A stretch of DNA of 64,000 bases from an uncultured Oscillospiraceae bacterium (lineage in GTDB: Bacteria; Bacillota; Clostridia; Oscillospirales; Ruminococcaceae), in assembly GCA_964369525.1 (NCBI GenBank), contig CAYJEW010000002.1, forward strand, positions 1,815-65,814, given 5' to 3'. Of this stretch, positions 35,310 to 45,701 are shown in pieces. Under the pieces are notes generated by a model. It was given only the letters and a program-made list of their open reading frames with translations, was not told where the DNA came from and ran no database searches. The translations under genes and the position numbers were made by a program. How positions within the stretch are numbered: position 1 is the first letter of the stretch; every line of letters begins with the position of its first letter.

Positions 35310-36071
35310 GTGTATAGGGGAATGTTAAGAACATTTATATGGGCGGCTTGGATGTTTATATACATGGGTGTGCGCTTGCCGCTTTATGCAGTTGCGTGTA
35401 GCTACGAGAGAAAAGGGCAGATGGACAAGCGCGACGAGATGATACGCAAGCATGTGCATTTATGGGCGAGCCGGCTGCTAAAGCATATTAGAATGAATGT
35501 GGTGATTGAAGGTGAAGAGAACCTACCATCGCCCGACGAGGCGGTGATGTTTGCGGCGAACCACCAAAGCTATCTTGATATCCCGGTTCTGTTGGCGTGC
35601 ATAAACCCGCCGTTTCCGCTATTAGCGCGCGACGGGATTGGCAGGGTGCCAATTTTGGGGCTTTGGATGAAAAAGCTTGACTGTGTGCTGATAAACCGCG
35701 ACGACACCCGTGCAGCAATGCAAGGGCTTAGAGATGCCGAAAGGCTGCTGAAAAGCGGCAAGAGCCTGCACGTGTTCCCAGAGGGGACACGCTCTAAAAG
35801 CGGGAATGTGCGTGAGTTTAAAAGCGGGGCATTGCGGGTGGCGGTGAAAGCAGGGGTGCGAATTGTGCCAATAGCGATACAGGGCACATACCACGGCCTT
35901 GAAGGGGATGGCATGAAGCTGAAGCCTGCAAACGTAAGGCTTACCATTCTGCCTGCGCACGAGACAAGCGGCCTTAACCGCGACGAGCAAAAAGAGCTTG
36001 GCGAAAAGCTAAGGCAGGCTATATGTGCTGAGATGGAGAAAACCCCCGAGCCGCAGCAGCCGCAAAAATAG
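35310..36071 (+). CDS. plsC: 1-acyl-sn-glycerol-3-phosphate acyltransferase
   Basis: The acyltransferase motifs NHQSYLD and FPEGTRS are present. The start could be GTG 35310 or ATG 35322. Confidence 0.85.
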   Translation: MYRGMLRTFIWAAWMFIYMGVRLPLYAVACSYERKGQMDKRDEMIRKHVHLWASRLLKHIRMNVVIEGEENLPSPDEAVMFAANHQSYLDIPVLLACINPPFPLLARDGIGRVPILGLWMKKLDCVLINRDDTRAAMQGLRDAERLLKSGKSLHVFPEGTRSKSGNVREFKSGALRVAVKAGVRIVPIAIQGTYHGLEGDGMKLKPANVRLTILPAHETSGLNRDEQKELGEKLRQAICAEMEKTPEPQQPQK

Positions 36072-36169
36072 CGGCAGAGCCGCTTGGCTTTAATAGGAAA
36101 GCCTTTTGGGCAATATAAATAGTCGTACTATTAAGAGGGATTATTTATATAGTTAGGAAGCATTACTTT

Positions 36170-36454
36170 ATGAAAAAGAAAAAAACTATTAGGATAGTGG
36201 GAATAATATTAGGCGTATTATTGCTTTTATCAGTAGGTAGTGGAACATTTGATTATTTTAGAGTTTATAGTGCAGAAAAACCCATATTCACAATAGCTGT
36301 AACTGCTGACAACGGCGGTACAGGAACATATTATGGGCTGGGTTATCAAATAGAAATTAAAGGTAATTTTATGCCAGAAGACCCTATTGCAGGAATAAAA
36401 TATGTTAAATATTCTGTACTGGGAACGAGCATTGAAGAAATTGTTTTTGAATGA
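36170..36454 (+). CDS. small signal-anchored/secreted hypothetical protein
   Basis: The N-terminus MKKKKTIRIVGIILGVLLLLSVG is followed by a beta-rich ~65-aa domain. The gene is about 32% G+C by hand count, much lower than its flanks. Confidence 0.55.
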   Translation: MKKKKTIRIVGIILGVLLLLSVGSGTFDYFRVYSAEKPIFTIAVTADNGGTGTYYGLGYQIEIKGNFMPEDPIAGIKYVKYSVLGTSIEEIVFE

Positions 36455-36620
36455 AACAGGCATAGCATGAATTAAAATTCGGTATGCGAGCTGTGGCGAT
36501 GCGTATTTTAAAATAGAGATGCGAAAAGGTAGTGTAAGGTAGTACATATAGGCTTTGTTACGGCAAAGCGCTTGCCGTGAAAAAAGGCTACACATAAACC
36601 GGAAGGGGGCGTAAAAACAG

Positions 36621-38181
36621 ATGAGGCATAAACGCTTTACGCCGGTATGCATATTGGTGGTGCTATGCGTACTACTTGCGGCCTGTGCGGCGCCGCCTTC
36701 TATGGACGGGGGTGCGCAGGCGGCCTCTGGTTCGGCGCAAGGCGCGCAAAGCGGAAGCGGCGAAGCCGCTGCGGGGGATGCGCAGGCGCAAGACAGCATA
36801 TATACGCCGGATTTTGAGCCTGCGGCGGCGGCGGTGTGTGTGGTGAATGAAAACACAGGGACTGTGGTTTACGAAAAAAAATGCAGACCAGCAGATGATA
36901 CAGGCTAGCTTGGTTAAGATGATGACCGCTGTTTTGGCGATGGAGTATATTGAGCGGTATGGCCTTGATTTAGACACCGAGCTGGTGGACTCTACCGACA
37001 AAATATGGATTTTTAATGTGCTTGCAGATTACAGAATAGCTACCGGCAGCTCGCCGTCTACCGCCGACATTCGCAGGGGCGAAACGCTTAGCTTTAGAGA
37101 GCTGTTATATGCAACGCTTCTGCCTAGCGCCAACGAAGCGGCGCTGATTTTGGCCGACCACGTGAGCGGCGGATACATGGAAAATTTTATGTATCAGATG
37201 AATACCCGTGCCCAGCAGCTGGGCTGTAGCGGAACGTATTTTGCCGATGCAAACGGGCTTTCGGAAGCAAACGTGACAACAGCGCAGGATATGGTGCTTA
37301 TAGTTCGAGAGTTTATGAGCTACCCAGAGCTTGTGGAGATTGCGTCGGAAAGTAGCTACCAAATGGCGGCGCACGAGCTACATACAGAGCCGTATACAAT
37401 TCACACAACCAACCGTTTGCTGGTGCAAACCAGCCCGTACTACAGCGCATTTAGCGGCGCGGCGGGAACTGTGGTGGCGGGCAAAACCGGTAGTCTTTAC
37501 GACTGGCAAAATTTTGCGTCGATGGCGCAGCAGGATGGCGAGAGTTATATATGTGTTGTGCTGGGTAGCCCAAACGGTGCCGATTTGGTGGGCGCAGCGC
37601 TGGAGCCTGCGCAAAACAGGCCTGCGCTTTATGAGAGCGCACAGCTGTATGAGTGGGTGTTTGATAGCTTTGAGGTGCGCTCGGCGATAGATGTGGAACA
37701 GCCGGTAACCGAGCTTAGAGTGCGATATTCTATTGAGCAAGATACCGTGCATTTGATGCCGTCGGACGATGTGCAGGCGGTGTTACCTATTGGTGCAAGC
37801 GACGAGCTGATACGCCGCAACTACGAGCTACCGCCACAGCTGGACGCGCCCGTACAGCAGGGGGATGTTGTGGGGGTTGTGCGGTTGTCGGTTGAGGGGC
37901 AGGAGATTGGCACGGCAGACTTGATAGTGGCACAGACGCTGGAGCGAAACAATACGCTGTACCTGTTTAGCAGAATAGGCGAGTTTTTTACGTCGACGTA
38001 TGTTAAGGTGTTGTTGGTGCTTTTAATTATGATGGCGGCAGCGTATGCGGCGCTGGTTGTGTGGGCAGGTAGAAAAAGAGCACAGCGCAAAGCGCAGGCT
38101 GCTGCAAGAGGCGGCGCATACAGGCCCAAAGGTGGCGCGCAGAGCGCAAAGCAAAACAGGCAAGATGGGAAAAGGCGTTAG
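36621..38181 (+). pseudogene. D-alanyl-D-alanine carboxypeptidase (S11, PBP5-like lipoprotein) interrupted by a +1 frameshift in an A8 run
   Basis: ORF 36621..36908 supplies a lipoprotein signal (LLAAC) and the S11 N-terminus ...VVNENTGTVVYEKK. ORF 36847..38181 continues in the +1 frame with KNADQQMIQASLVKMMT, which holds the SxxK active site. The frames switch inside AAAAAAAA at 36874..36881. Confidence 0.8.
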
Positions 38182-38272
38182 GCGCTTAGCCAAGCTACTA
38201 TGATTTAAACACGTTTTTTATTTTGCAAGGTACAACCTATCAATAATTACGGCACAAACGGAGAGAAGACAT

Positions 38273-39727
38273 ATGAACACAAAAAGATGTGAGCGAAACA
38301 TAAGCCTGTTGATGGATTATTATGAGCTTACAATGGCGCAGGGATATTTTGATGGCGATTATCAAAACAGCGTGGCTGTGTTTGATATGTTTTTTCGTAA
38401 GCTGCCGGATGGCGGCGGATTTGCCGTTATGGCGGGGCTTGAGCAGTTTGTGCAGGCGATAGAAGAGTTTCACTTTTCGCAGGAGGATATTGAGTATCTG
38501 CGCAGTAAGAATATATTTAGCGAAGAGTTTTTAGAGTATCTGCGTGATTTTGAGTTTCACTGCAATGTGTGGGCCGTGCCGGAGGGTACGCCGATATTCC
38601 CGGGCGAGCCTATTGTTACGGTGGAGGGGCCGTGCATAGAAGCGCAGCTTATTGAAACGCTGCTGCTGGTGAGCATAAACCACCAAAGCCTTATTGCCAC
38701 AAAAGCAAGCAGGGTTGTGCGCGCGTGTGGCAAGCGGCCTGTGATGGAGTTTGGCGCAAGGCGTGCGCAGGGCTACGACGGCGCAATTTACGGCAGCCGC
38801 GCGGCGTATATTGGCGGGTGCGCCTCTACCAGCAACGTGCTGGCCGAAAAAATGTTTGGTATTCCCGTTACCGGTACAATGGCCCACAGCTGGGTGCAGA
38901 TGTTTGACTCGGAGTATGAGGCGTTTAAGGCGTATGCAGAGCGCTACCCCGACAACTGCATGCTACTGGTGGATACATACAACACGCTAAAAAGCGGTGT
39001 GCCCAACGCCATAAGGGTGTTTGACGAGGTGCTAAAGCCTATGGGCAAAGCGCCTAAGGGTATCCGCATTGATTCGGGCGATATTGCGTACCTTTCAAAG
39101 CGTGCAAGAGAGATGCTACGCGAGGCCGGGTATGGAGATGTGGCGATATGCGCGTCTAACTCGCTGGATGAGTATATTGTGCGCGATTTGCTGTTGCAGG
39201 GGGCCGAGATTGACCTATTTGGTATTGGGGAGACGCTGATTACCTCTAAAAGCTCGCCTGTGTTTAGCGGGGTGTATAAGCTGGCGGCGGTGAAGGACGG
39301 CGGGAAGTATGTGCCTAAGATTAAAATTAGTGAAACGGCCGAAAAGATAACAACGCCGTGTCTTAAAAAGCTTTGGCGTATATATGATAACGAGAGTGGC
39401 AAAGCAATGGCCGACTATATTACCCTGGCAGACGAAGTACCCGACACTGAAAATGGAATTACGCTGTTTGACCCGCAGCAAACCTGGAAAAGGCGCACAT
39501 ACCATAACTGCCATGCAGAGCTTTTAAGCGTACCTATATATAAAGAGGGTAAGCTTGTGTATAAATTACCCACCTTAAAGGAGATTCGCGAGAGGTGCGC
39601 ACAGCAGTCGGATACGCTGTGGGATGAGGTAAAGAGGTTTGAGTACCCGCACAAGTATTATGTGGATTTATCACAGAAGCTTTGGGACGAGCGCAACCGT
39701 TTGTTACAGCAGGCTGGGATTGTGTAA
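38273..39727 (+). CDS. pncB: nicotinate phosphoribosyltransferase
   Basis: The N-terminus LLMDYYELTMAQGYF and the motifs GTMAHSWVQ and VRIDSGD-like (IRIDSGD) match the NAPRTase family. The protein is 484 aa. Confidence 0.88.
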   Translation: MNTKRCERNISLLMDYYELTMAQGYFDGDYQNSVAVFDMFFRKLPDGGGFAVMAGLEQFVQAIEEFHFSQEDIEYLRSKNIFSEEFLEYLRDFEFHCNVWAVPEGTPIFPGEPIVTVEGPCIEAQLIETLLLVSINHQSLIATKASRVVRACGKRPVMEFGARRAQGYDGAIYGSRAAYIGGCASTSNVLAEKMFGIPVTGTMAHSWVQMFDSEYEAFKAYAERYPDNCMLLVDTYNTLKSGVPNAIRVFDEVLKPMGKAPKGIRIDSGDIAYLSKRAREMLREAGYGDVAICASNSLDEYIVRDLLLQGAEIDLFGIGETLITSKSSPVFSGVYKLAAVKDGGKYVPKIKISETAEKITTPCLKKLWRIYDNESGKAMADYITLADEVPDTENGITLFDPQQTWKRRTYHNCHAELLSVPIYKEGKLVYKLPTLKEIRERCAQQSDTLWDEVKRFEYPHKYYVDLSQKLWDERNRLLQQAGIV

Positions 39728-39739
39728 ACAAAAAATATA

Positions 39740-39769
39740 CTGCCGAGAAGCCGCAAGGTTTCTCGGCAG
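39740..39769 (+). terminator. hairpin after pncB (no clear U-tract)
   Basis: The stem is CTGCCGAGAA / TTCTCGGCAG. No T-run follows it. Confidence 0.4.
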
Positions 39770-39902
39770 TAGGTATGTAGGAGGAATACTGCAGCACTGC
39801 GGAGTATGAATTTTGTTGCAAAACAGCTTTAAAATGGGTTTTCTATAGCTTTTACATCGAAAAGGCGGCCTTGTGGCAATACTTTTTAGATATTTTTATG
39901 AA

Positions 39903-39932
39903 TTGCAAACAGGGTATGAAAAGCGGTATAAT
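39903..39932 (+). promoter_or_regulatory. promoter for serA
   Basis: The elements are TTGCAA, an 18-nt spacer, and TATAAT. Confidence 0.5.
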
Positions 39933-40011
39933 ATAACAATATGTTACAAAATCATTTGCAAAAAAATATCCGTGCACACCGCGCGGCAAAACAACACATG
40001 GAGGGGCCGGA

Positions 40012-41184
40012 ATGTTTACTGTTGCAACCTTGAATAGGATATCGTCTAAGGGATTGAAGCGCCTGCCGAATTCGCTATTTCAAATTGAGGAAGACGGGGC
40101 GCAAAGCCCAGACGCAATACTTGTGCGCAGTGCAAACTTACTGGATGCAAAGCTTGAAGAGAACCTGCTAGCCATTGCGCGTGCAGGCGCAGGTACCAAC
40201 AACATCCCGGTAAAAGATTGCAGTGAGCAAGGCATTGTGGTGTTTAATACACCCGGTGCTAACGCAAACGCGGTTAAAGAGCTGGTTTTGGGCGGGATGG
40301 TAATGGCCAGCCGCAATGTTGTGGGTGGAATTGCGTGGTGCAACAGCGTGGCCGACAGCAGTGAGGACCTGGGTGCACTTGTGGAAAAAAGCAAAAGCCG
40401 TTTTGCAGGCCCTGAGCTTGAGGGCAAAACACTGGGCGTTATGGGGCTTGGCGCAATTGGTGTGAAGGTGGCAAACATGGCTACCCACCTGCATATGGAG
40501 GTGCTGGGGTACGACCCGTACATCTCGATAGACTCGGCGTGGAGCCTGTCGCGTAGTGTGAAACACAGCACTAATATATCGGATATTTTGCAAAATTCTG
40601 ACTACATTACGCTACACCTGCCTGCCACCGACGAGACCCGTGGGCTTATTGGCAAGGACACCATTGCGATGATGAAGGAAGGCGTGCGTATTCTTAACTT
40701 CTCTCGTAGCGAGCTTGTGGACGACAAGGCGCTGCTGCACGGGCTAAAAAGCGGGCGCATAGCTGCGTATGTGACAGATTTTCCAAAGGCAGAGCTTATG
40801 GGAGCACCGGGCGTTATAGCCATACCGCATCTGGGCGCCTCTACCCCTGAAAGTGAAGAGAACTGCGCTGTTATGGCGGCAGACCAGCTGAGGGAGTATC
40901 TGCTGAACGGTAACATAGAAAATAGCGTTAATATGCCTTCTATTCACATTCCCCGAAATGGCGGCGGGCGCATATGCGTGATAAACTACAACGAAAAAGG
41001 TATACTGGCAGGGCTTACCGCTGTGTTGGACGGTGCAGGGCTGAACATTGCCAGCATGACAAACAAGAGCCGAAATGAGTATGCATATACCATAATTGAT
41101 GTGGAAGGCGAAATTGCACCGCAAGAGATAGAGAAGATTAAAAAGGTAGAGGGCGTTATAAAAGCTAGGGCGATAAACCCATAA
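40012..41184 (+). CDS. serA: D-3-phosphoglycerate dehydrogenase (2-hydroxyacid dehydrogenase + ACT domain)
   Basis: The NAD-binding motif is GVMGLGAIG, the catalytic His context is IPHLGAST, and the C-terminal end is ACT-like. Confidence 0.8.
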   Translation: MFTVATLNRISSKGLKRLPNSLFQIEEDGAQSPDAILVRSANLLDAKLEENLLAIARAGAGTNNIPVKDCSEQGIVVFNTPGANANAVKELVLGGMVMASRNVVGGIAWCNSVADSSEDLGALVEKSKSRFAGPELEGKTLGVMGLGAIGVKVANMATHLHMEVLGYDPYISIDSAWSLSRSVKHSTNISDILQNSDYITLHLPATDETRGLIGKDTIAMMKEGVRILNFSRSELVDDKALLHGLKSGRIAAYVTDFPKAELMGAPGVIAIPHLGASTPESEENCAVMAADQLREYLLNGNIENSVNMPSIHIPRNGGGRICVINYNEKGILAGLTAVLDGAGLNIASMTNKSRNEYAYTIIDVEGEIAPQEIEKIKKVEGVIKARAINP

Positions 41185-41304
41185 TTTTGCGGGTAGGTGT
41201 GTGCAAAAGTTGAATAACACACAATTTTTACAGGTTTTTTTGTGCTTTTGCAGTGTGGATGGTGTACAATGTAAAAACAGTGAAAAGCAAAGGCGGTAAA
41301 GAGC

Positions 41305-42315
41305 ATGGTTTTGGTAACGGGTGGCGCAGGGTATATAGGTAGCCACACCTGTGTTGAGCTGCTGCAAAGCGGGCACGAGGTGGTGGTGGCCGACAGTCTT
41401 GTGAATGCAAGCAGAGAGGCACTGCGCCGGGTGCAGGAGATATGCCAAAAGCAGGTGCGCTTTTATGAGGTGGACCTGTGCGATGAAGCCGCAGTGGAAA
41501 AAATATTCTGCGAAAACCCGCAGATTAATGCCGTTGTGCATTTTGCGGCGCTGAAGGCCGTGGGCGAGAGCGTGCAAAAGCCGCTGGAGTATTACGCAAA
41601 CAACATAGGGTGTTTGCTTAATGTTATAAAAGCCATGCGCCGCCACGGGGTGATGAATTTTGTGTTTTCGTCGTCGGCTACCGTGTATGGCCAGCCCGAG
41701 GAAGTGCCAGTGAAGGAAGACGCGGCGGTATCGGCAACAAACCCGTATGGCGCTACAAAGATGTTTGCAGAGCGCATACTTACAGATATATGTGCGGCAG
41801 AGCCTGCGTTTAATGTGGCTTTGCTGCGGTATTTTAACCCCATTGGGGCGCATCCGTCGGGCAGAATAGGCGAAGACCCTGAGGGAATTCCCAACAATCT
41901 TGTGCCGTATATTGCGCAGGTGGCTGTGGGGCGGCTTTCGCATGTGAGCGTGTATGGTGACGACTACCCAACCCCGGACGGCACAGGCGTGAGGGATTAT
42001 ATTCATGTGGTAGACCTTGCGCTGGGGCATGTGGCCGCGCTGAAAAAGCTGGAGCAAAACTGCGGGCTTTTTGTGTGTAACCTTGGCACAGGGCAGGGGT
42101 ACAGCGTTTTGGAGATAATAAAAGCGTATGAAAAGGCGGCTGGAAAGCCGATACCGTATAAAATAACCGCAAGGCGCGCGGGCGACGTGGCTATAGTTTA
42201 TGCAGACCCAAAAACAGCACAGCAAGAGCTGGGGTGGACAGCGCAGTACGGCATAGAGCAGATGTGTGCGCATTCGTGGGAGTGGCAAAAGCAAAACCCA
42301 AGAGGGTATAAATAA
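41305..42315 (+). CDS. galE: UDP-glucose 4-epimerase
   Basis: The NAD motif is VLVTGGAGYIGSH, the catalytic motif is YGATK, and FNPIGAHPSG is present. The protein is 336 aa. Confidence 0.92.
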   Translation: MVLVTGGAGYIGSHTCVELLQSGHEVVVADSLVNASREALRRVQEICQKQVRFYEVDLCDEAAVEKIFCENPQINAVVHFAALKAVGESVQKPLEYYANNIGCLLNVIKAMRRHGVMNFVFSSSATVYGQPEEVPVKEDAAVSATNPYGATKMFAERILTDICAAEPAFNVALLRYFNPIGAHPSGRIGEDPEGIPNNLVPYIAQVAVGRLSHVSVYGDDYPTPDGTGVRDYIHVVDLALGHVAALKKLEQNCGLFVCNLGTGQGYSVLEIIKAYEKAAGKPIPYKITARRAGDVAIVYADPKTAQQELGWTAQYGIEQMCAHSWEWQKQNPRGYK

Positions 42316-42375
42316 ATATGGCGTAGGCAAGGTGCCGTAAGGCATAGAGCCTTTAGCCGAAAAAAGGAGCAGAAC

Positions 42376-43296
42376 ATGAGCAAACCTGTACTGGCGATTA
42401 TGGCGGCCGGAATGGGCAGCCGATATGGCGGGCTGAAGCAGATGGACCCTGTGGGCCCGGGTGGCGAAGTGATTATTGACTATTCGCTGTATGATGCAAA
42501 AAAAGCAGGGTTTGACAAAGCAGTATTCATTATTAAACGTGCTATTGAGAAAGATTTTAGGGAGATAATAGGCAAAAGGGTAGAGCAGCATATTGATGTG
42601 GAGTATGCTTTTCAAGAGCTGGACCAACTGCCTGCCGGCTTTGAGGTGCCGCAAGGGCGCGAGAAGCCTTGGGGTACAGCGCATGCGCTACTGGCGGCAA
42701 AGCATGTGATTAACGGGCCGTTTGCGGCTATCAATGCCGACGACTATTATGGCCCGCAAGCGTTTAAAGAGATATATAACTTTTTGGCAGCGCCGCAAAA
42801 GGCCGACGGGCGCCAGCACTATGCTATGGTGGGATACAGGATTGAAAATACCGTTACAAGCCATGGAACGGTGGCACGCGGCGTGTGTGTGGAGGATAGC
42901 GAGGGCTATCTTACAGGCATTGCCGAGCGTTTGAAGATAGAAAAAACAGCTAGCGGCGCACGCTTTACCGAAGACGACGGCCAAAGCTGGACAGACATTG
43001 CCGCAGGCACGCCTGTGTCTATGAATTTTTGGGGGTTTGGTAAGGACTTTTTGCAGCTTGCGCAGGATAATTTTGCGGAGTTTTTGCAGCAAGGCCTGAA
43101 AGAGAACCCGATGAAGTGTGAATATTTACTGCCAAACTACGTAAACCAGCTGATGCAGGCGAGTGTTGCCGACGTGAAGGTGTTGCAAAGCGGAGATGTG
43201 TGGCACGGCGTTACATATAAAGAAGACAAGCCGGCCGTTGTGCAGGCGCTGGCGCAAAAACACAAGGACGGTGAATACCCCACACCGCTTTGGTAA
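42376..43296 (+). CDS. sugar-phosphate nucleotidyltransferase family protein
   Basis: The N-terminal motif is AIMAAGMGSRYGGLKQ. The fold looks GT-A-like, with PWGTAHAL and NADDYYG. Confidence 0.7.
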   Translation: MSKPVLAIMAAGMGSRYGGLKQMDPVGPGGEVIIDYSLYDAKKAGFDKAVFIIKRAIEKDFREIIGKRVEQHIDVEYAFQELDQLPAGFEVPQGREKPWGTAHALLAAKHVINGPFAAINADDYYGPQAFKEIYNFLAAPQKADGRQHYAMVGYRIENTVTSHGTVARGVCVEDSEGYLTGIAERLKIEKTASGARFTEDDGQSWTDIAAGTPVSMNFWGFGKDFLQLAQDNFAEFLQQGLKENPMKCEYLLPNYVNQLMQASVADVKVLQSGDVWHGVTYKEDKPAVVQALAQKHKDGEYPTPLW

Positions 43297-43383
43297 ATAT
43301 TACAAAACTGTACAATAGCCGCAGATGGTTGTATAATACTAAGGCAAGTATGGGTACGGCTGTGTGTAAAAAGGAGGCAAACC

Positions 43384-43731
43384 ATGATAACATTTTATAA
43401 TACAATGGGAAAAATAAGCATGACAACAAGCTTTTTTTCAGAGCTTGTTGCTACCGCAGTGCAGAGCGGATATGGCGTGGCGGGTATGGCCACAAAGGGC
43501 GCTGCCGATAGCATTAGAAGTTTTATAAACAAAGACCACCCCGAAAAAGGTGTGCGCGTTACCGAGCAGGACGACGGGCTTGTAATAGAGCTGCATATTA
43601 TGGTAACGTATGGGCTTAACATTGCGCAGGCGGTGAAAAGCATTACGCACAAAATTAAGTATGTGGTGCAAGAGGCAACCGGCCTTGAGGTGAAAAGCAT
43701 TCACGTTAGTGTAGACGATATAGTGGGCTAA
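43384..43731 (+). CDS. Asp23/Gls24 family envelope stress protein
   Basis: The protein is 115 aa with an Asp23 pattern (VAGM ... GVRV ... V.V.V). A strong RBS is present, and it immediately precedes a DAK2/YloV gene as in other Firmicutes. Confidence 0.8.
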   Translation: MITFYNTMGKISMTTSFFSELVATAVQSGYGVAGMATKGAADSIRSFINKDHPEKGVRVTEQDDGLVIELHIMVTYGLNIAQAVKSITHKIKYVVQEATGLEVKSIHVSVDDIVG

Positions 43732-43802
43732 AAGCACCACTTTCAAAATAAAAAAGTACAGCCGCCAAAAAATGGCCGCTGCTATTAGGAGAGCAATTTA
43801 TT

Positions 43803-45494
43803 ATGATAAGCGGAAAAATGTTAAGAGATGCAATTATATCGGGGGCTAACTGTATTGATAGCCACAAGGCAGAGGTGGACGAGCTGAATGTGTTCCCTGT
43901 GCCGGACGGTGACACCGGCACAAACATGGGCATGACCTGTTCTGCCGCTCGCAACGAGCTTGTGGGTATAGCAGATGGCAGTAGTGTTGGCGATGTGGCA
44001 CACACGGCGGCCTCGGCTATGCTGCGTGGAGCGCGCGGAAACTCCGGCGTTATTACATCGCTGCTATTTAGAGGCTTTTCAAAGGCTTTGGCGGGCAAAG
44101 AAGTTGCAGAGGCCGGCGATATTGTGCAGGCGCTACAAACAGGCGTTGCTGCAGCATACAAAGCTGTTATGAAGCCAACCGAGGGTACCATGCTTACGGT
44201 AGCTCGTGTGGCCAGCGAAAAAGCTGGCGAAAGCGGCGAGCAAGACGCTGTGAAGCTGTGGGCTTTGGTGGTACGCGAGGCGCGCGCCGCGCTGGACGAA
44301 ACACCAAACCAGCTGGAAGTTTTGAAAAAAGCCGGCGTTGTGGACGCAGGCGGCATGGGTTTTTGCTATATTTTAGAGGGCATGCAGGCTGTTATTGAGG
44401 GCAAAGGCATTCTGCCCGGAACACCCGCGCCTGCGCCTAAAAAGACGGCAAAGCTTTCCACCGCAAATGTGGGCAAGGGCGTATTTGCGCAAGAGCTAAA
44501 CCCAGACATTACCAACGCATACTGCACAGAGTTTCTTGTGAACCGTGAAAAGAAAACCTCGCCCACAAAGCTGCGCGCGTTTTTAGAGTCTAACGGCGAC
44601 AGCGTTGTTGTGGTGGACGATGACGATATTATCAAGTGCCATGTGCACACAGCAGACCCGGGCAAGATATTGACTAAGGCAATAGAGTTTGGGTATCTTT
44701 CGGCCATAAAGATAGAGAACATGCACGAGCAGTACGAAACCCGCCAAGCGCAGGGCGCAGGGCTGGAAAAACAGGCCGAGGCAGAGGGCGCAGAGAACCC
44801 GGGAGCATTCCCGTATGCGGCGGTTAGCGAAGACCAAAAGTATGGCTTTGTGGCTGTAGCAGCGGGCGACGGCTTGCAGGAAGTGTTTAGCGACCTTGGC
44901 GCAGACGCTGTGGTTAGCGGCGGGCAAACAATGAACCCCTCTACCGAGGATATTCTTAGCGCTGTGCATAGCGTGCCTGCGGGCATTGTGTTTGTTTTGC
45001 CTAACAACAAAAACATTATTATGGCGGCAGAGCAGGCGTCTAAGCTGGCCGACCGCAAAGTGGTGGTTGTGCCTACCCGCACGGTGCCGCAGGGCATGAG
45101 CGCAATGCTTGCGTTTGACCCCGACGCAGATGTGGACACAAACACCATAGAGCTTGGCAAAGCGGCCGACGCTGTTAAAACGGGGCTTGTTACCTTTGCG
45201 GCTCGTAACTCTGACTTTGATGGCAAAAAGATACAGCGTGGCGAGATATTGGCGCTGGAAGAGGGCAAGCTGTCGAGCGTGGGTACAGACATTACCAAAA
45301 TGACCTACCGCCTAGCGCGTGCCATGAGCAAACGCGACACCAGCTTTATTACGCTGATATACGGCAGCGACGTTAGCCGCGAAGATGCCGAGAAAACAGC
45401 CGAAATAGTGCAGGAGAAGGTTGGCAAGAATATAGAGGTTACTCTTATTTATGGCGGCCAGCCTGTGTACTACTACATGGTTTCGGCCGAGTAG
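43803..45494 (+). CDS. DAK2 domain fusion protein (YloV family)
   Basis: The N-terminal DhaL/DAK2 domain reads LNVFPVPDGDTGTNM, and a C-terminal DegV-like half follows. The protein is 563 aa. Confidence 0.85.
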   Translation: MISGKMLRDAIISGANCIDSHKAEVDELNVFPVPDGDTGTNMGMTCSAARNELVGIADGSSVGDVAHTAASAMLRGARGNSGVITSLLFRGFSKALAGKEVAEAGDIVQALQTGVAAAYKAVMKPTEGTMLTVARVASEKAGESGEQDAVKLWALVVREARAALDETPNQLEVLKKAGVVDAGGMGFCYILEGMQAVIEGKGILPGTPAPAPKKTAKLSTANVGKGVFAQELNPDITNAYCTEFLVNREKKTSPTKLRAFLESNGDSVVVVDDDDIIKCHVHTADPGKILTKAIEFGYLSAIKIENMHEQYETRQAQGAGLEKQAEAEGAENPGAFPYAAVSEDQKYGFVAVAAGDGLQEVFSDLGADAVVSGGQTMNPSTEDILSAVHSVPAGIVFVLPNNKNIIMAAEQASKLADRKVVVVPTRTVPQGMSAMLAFDPDADVDTNTIELGKAADAVKTGLVTFAARNSDFDGKKIQRGEILALEEGKLSSVGTDITKMTYRLARAMSKRDTSFITLIYGSDVSREDAEKTAEIVQEKVGKNIEVTLIYGGQPVYYYMVSAE

Positions 45495-45701
45495 CATAGG
45501 CTAACCGATTTGATATAGGCTTGCGGATTTTTTATACAGATATAAAAAATAAGCTGCGGCACAGCTAGGGGTGCGCCCTAAAAAGTGAGCAGCTGCAAGC
45601 AGGGTTTGAAACTTTGGACAAATAAAAAACGTGTTGGCTTTGCATTTGGCAGGCTAACATAACCCAGCGCTTTTACAGCGCACGGCTTAGGAGATGCGCA
45701 T

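Noticed and set aside
40744-42684. A 646-aa ORF lies on the minus strand. It spans the serA 3' end, galE, the 5' end of the nucleotidyltransferase gene, and both intergenic gaps.
   Set aside because: It is antisense to three genes with strong family signatures. Its translation is rich in His, Cys, Arg and Leu, with no recognisable motif and no RBS. The long stop-free antisense frame is best explained by the codon bias of the sense genes. RNA-seq or Ribo-seq would be needed to revive it.
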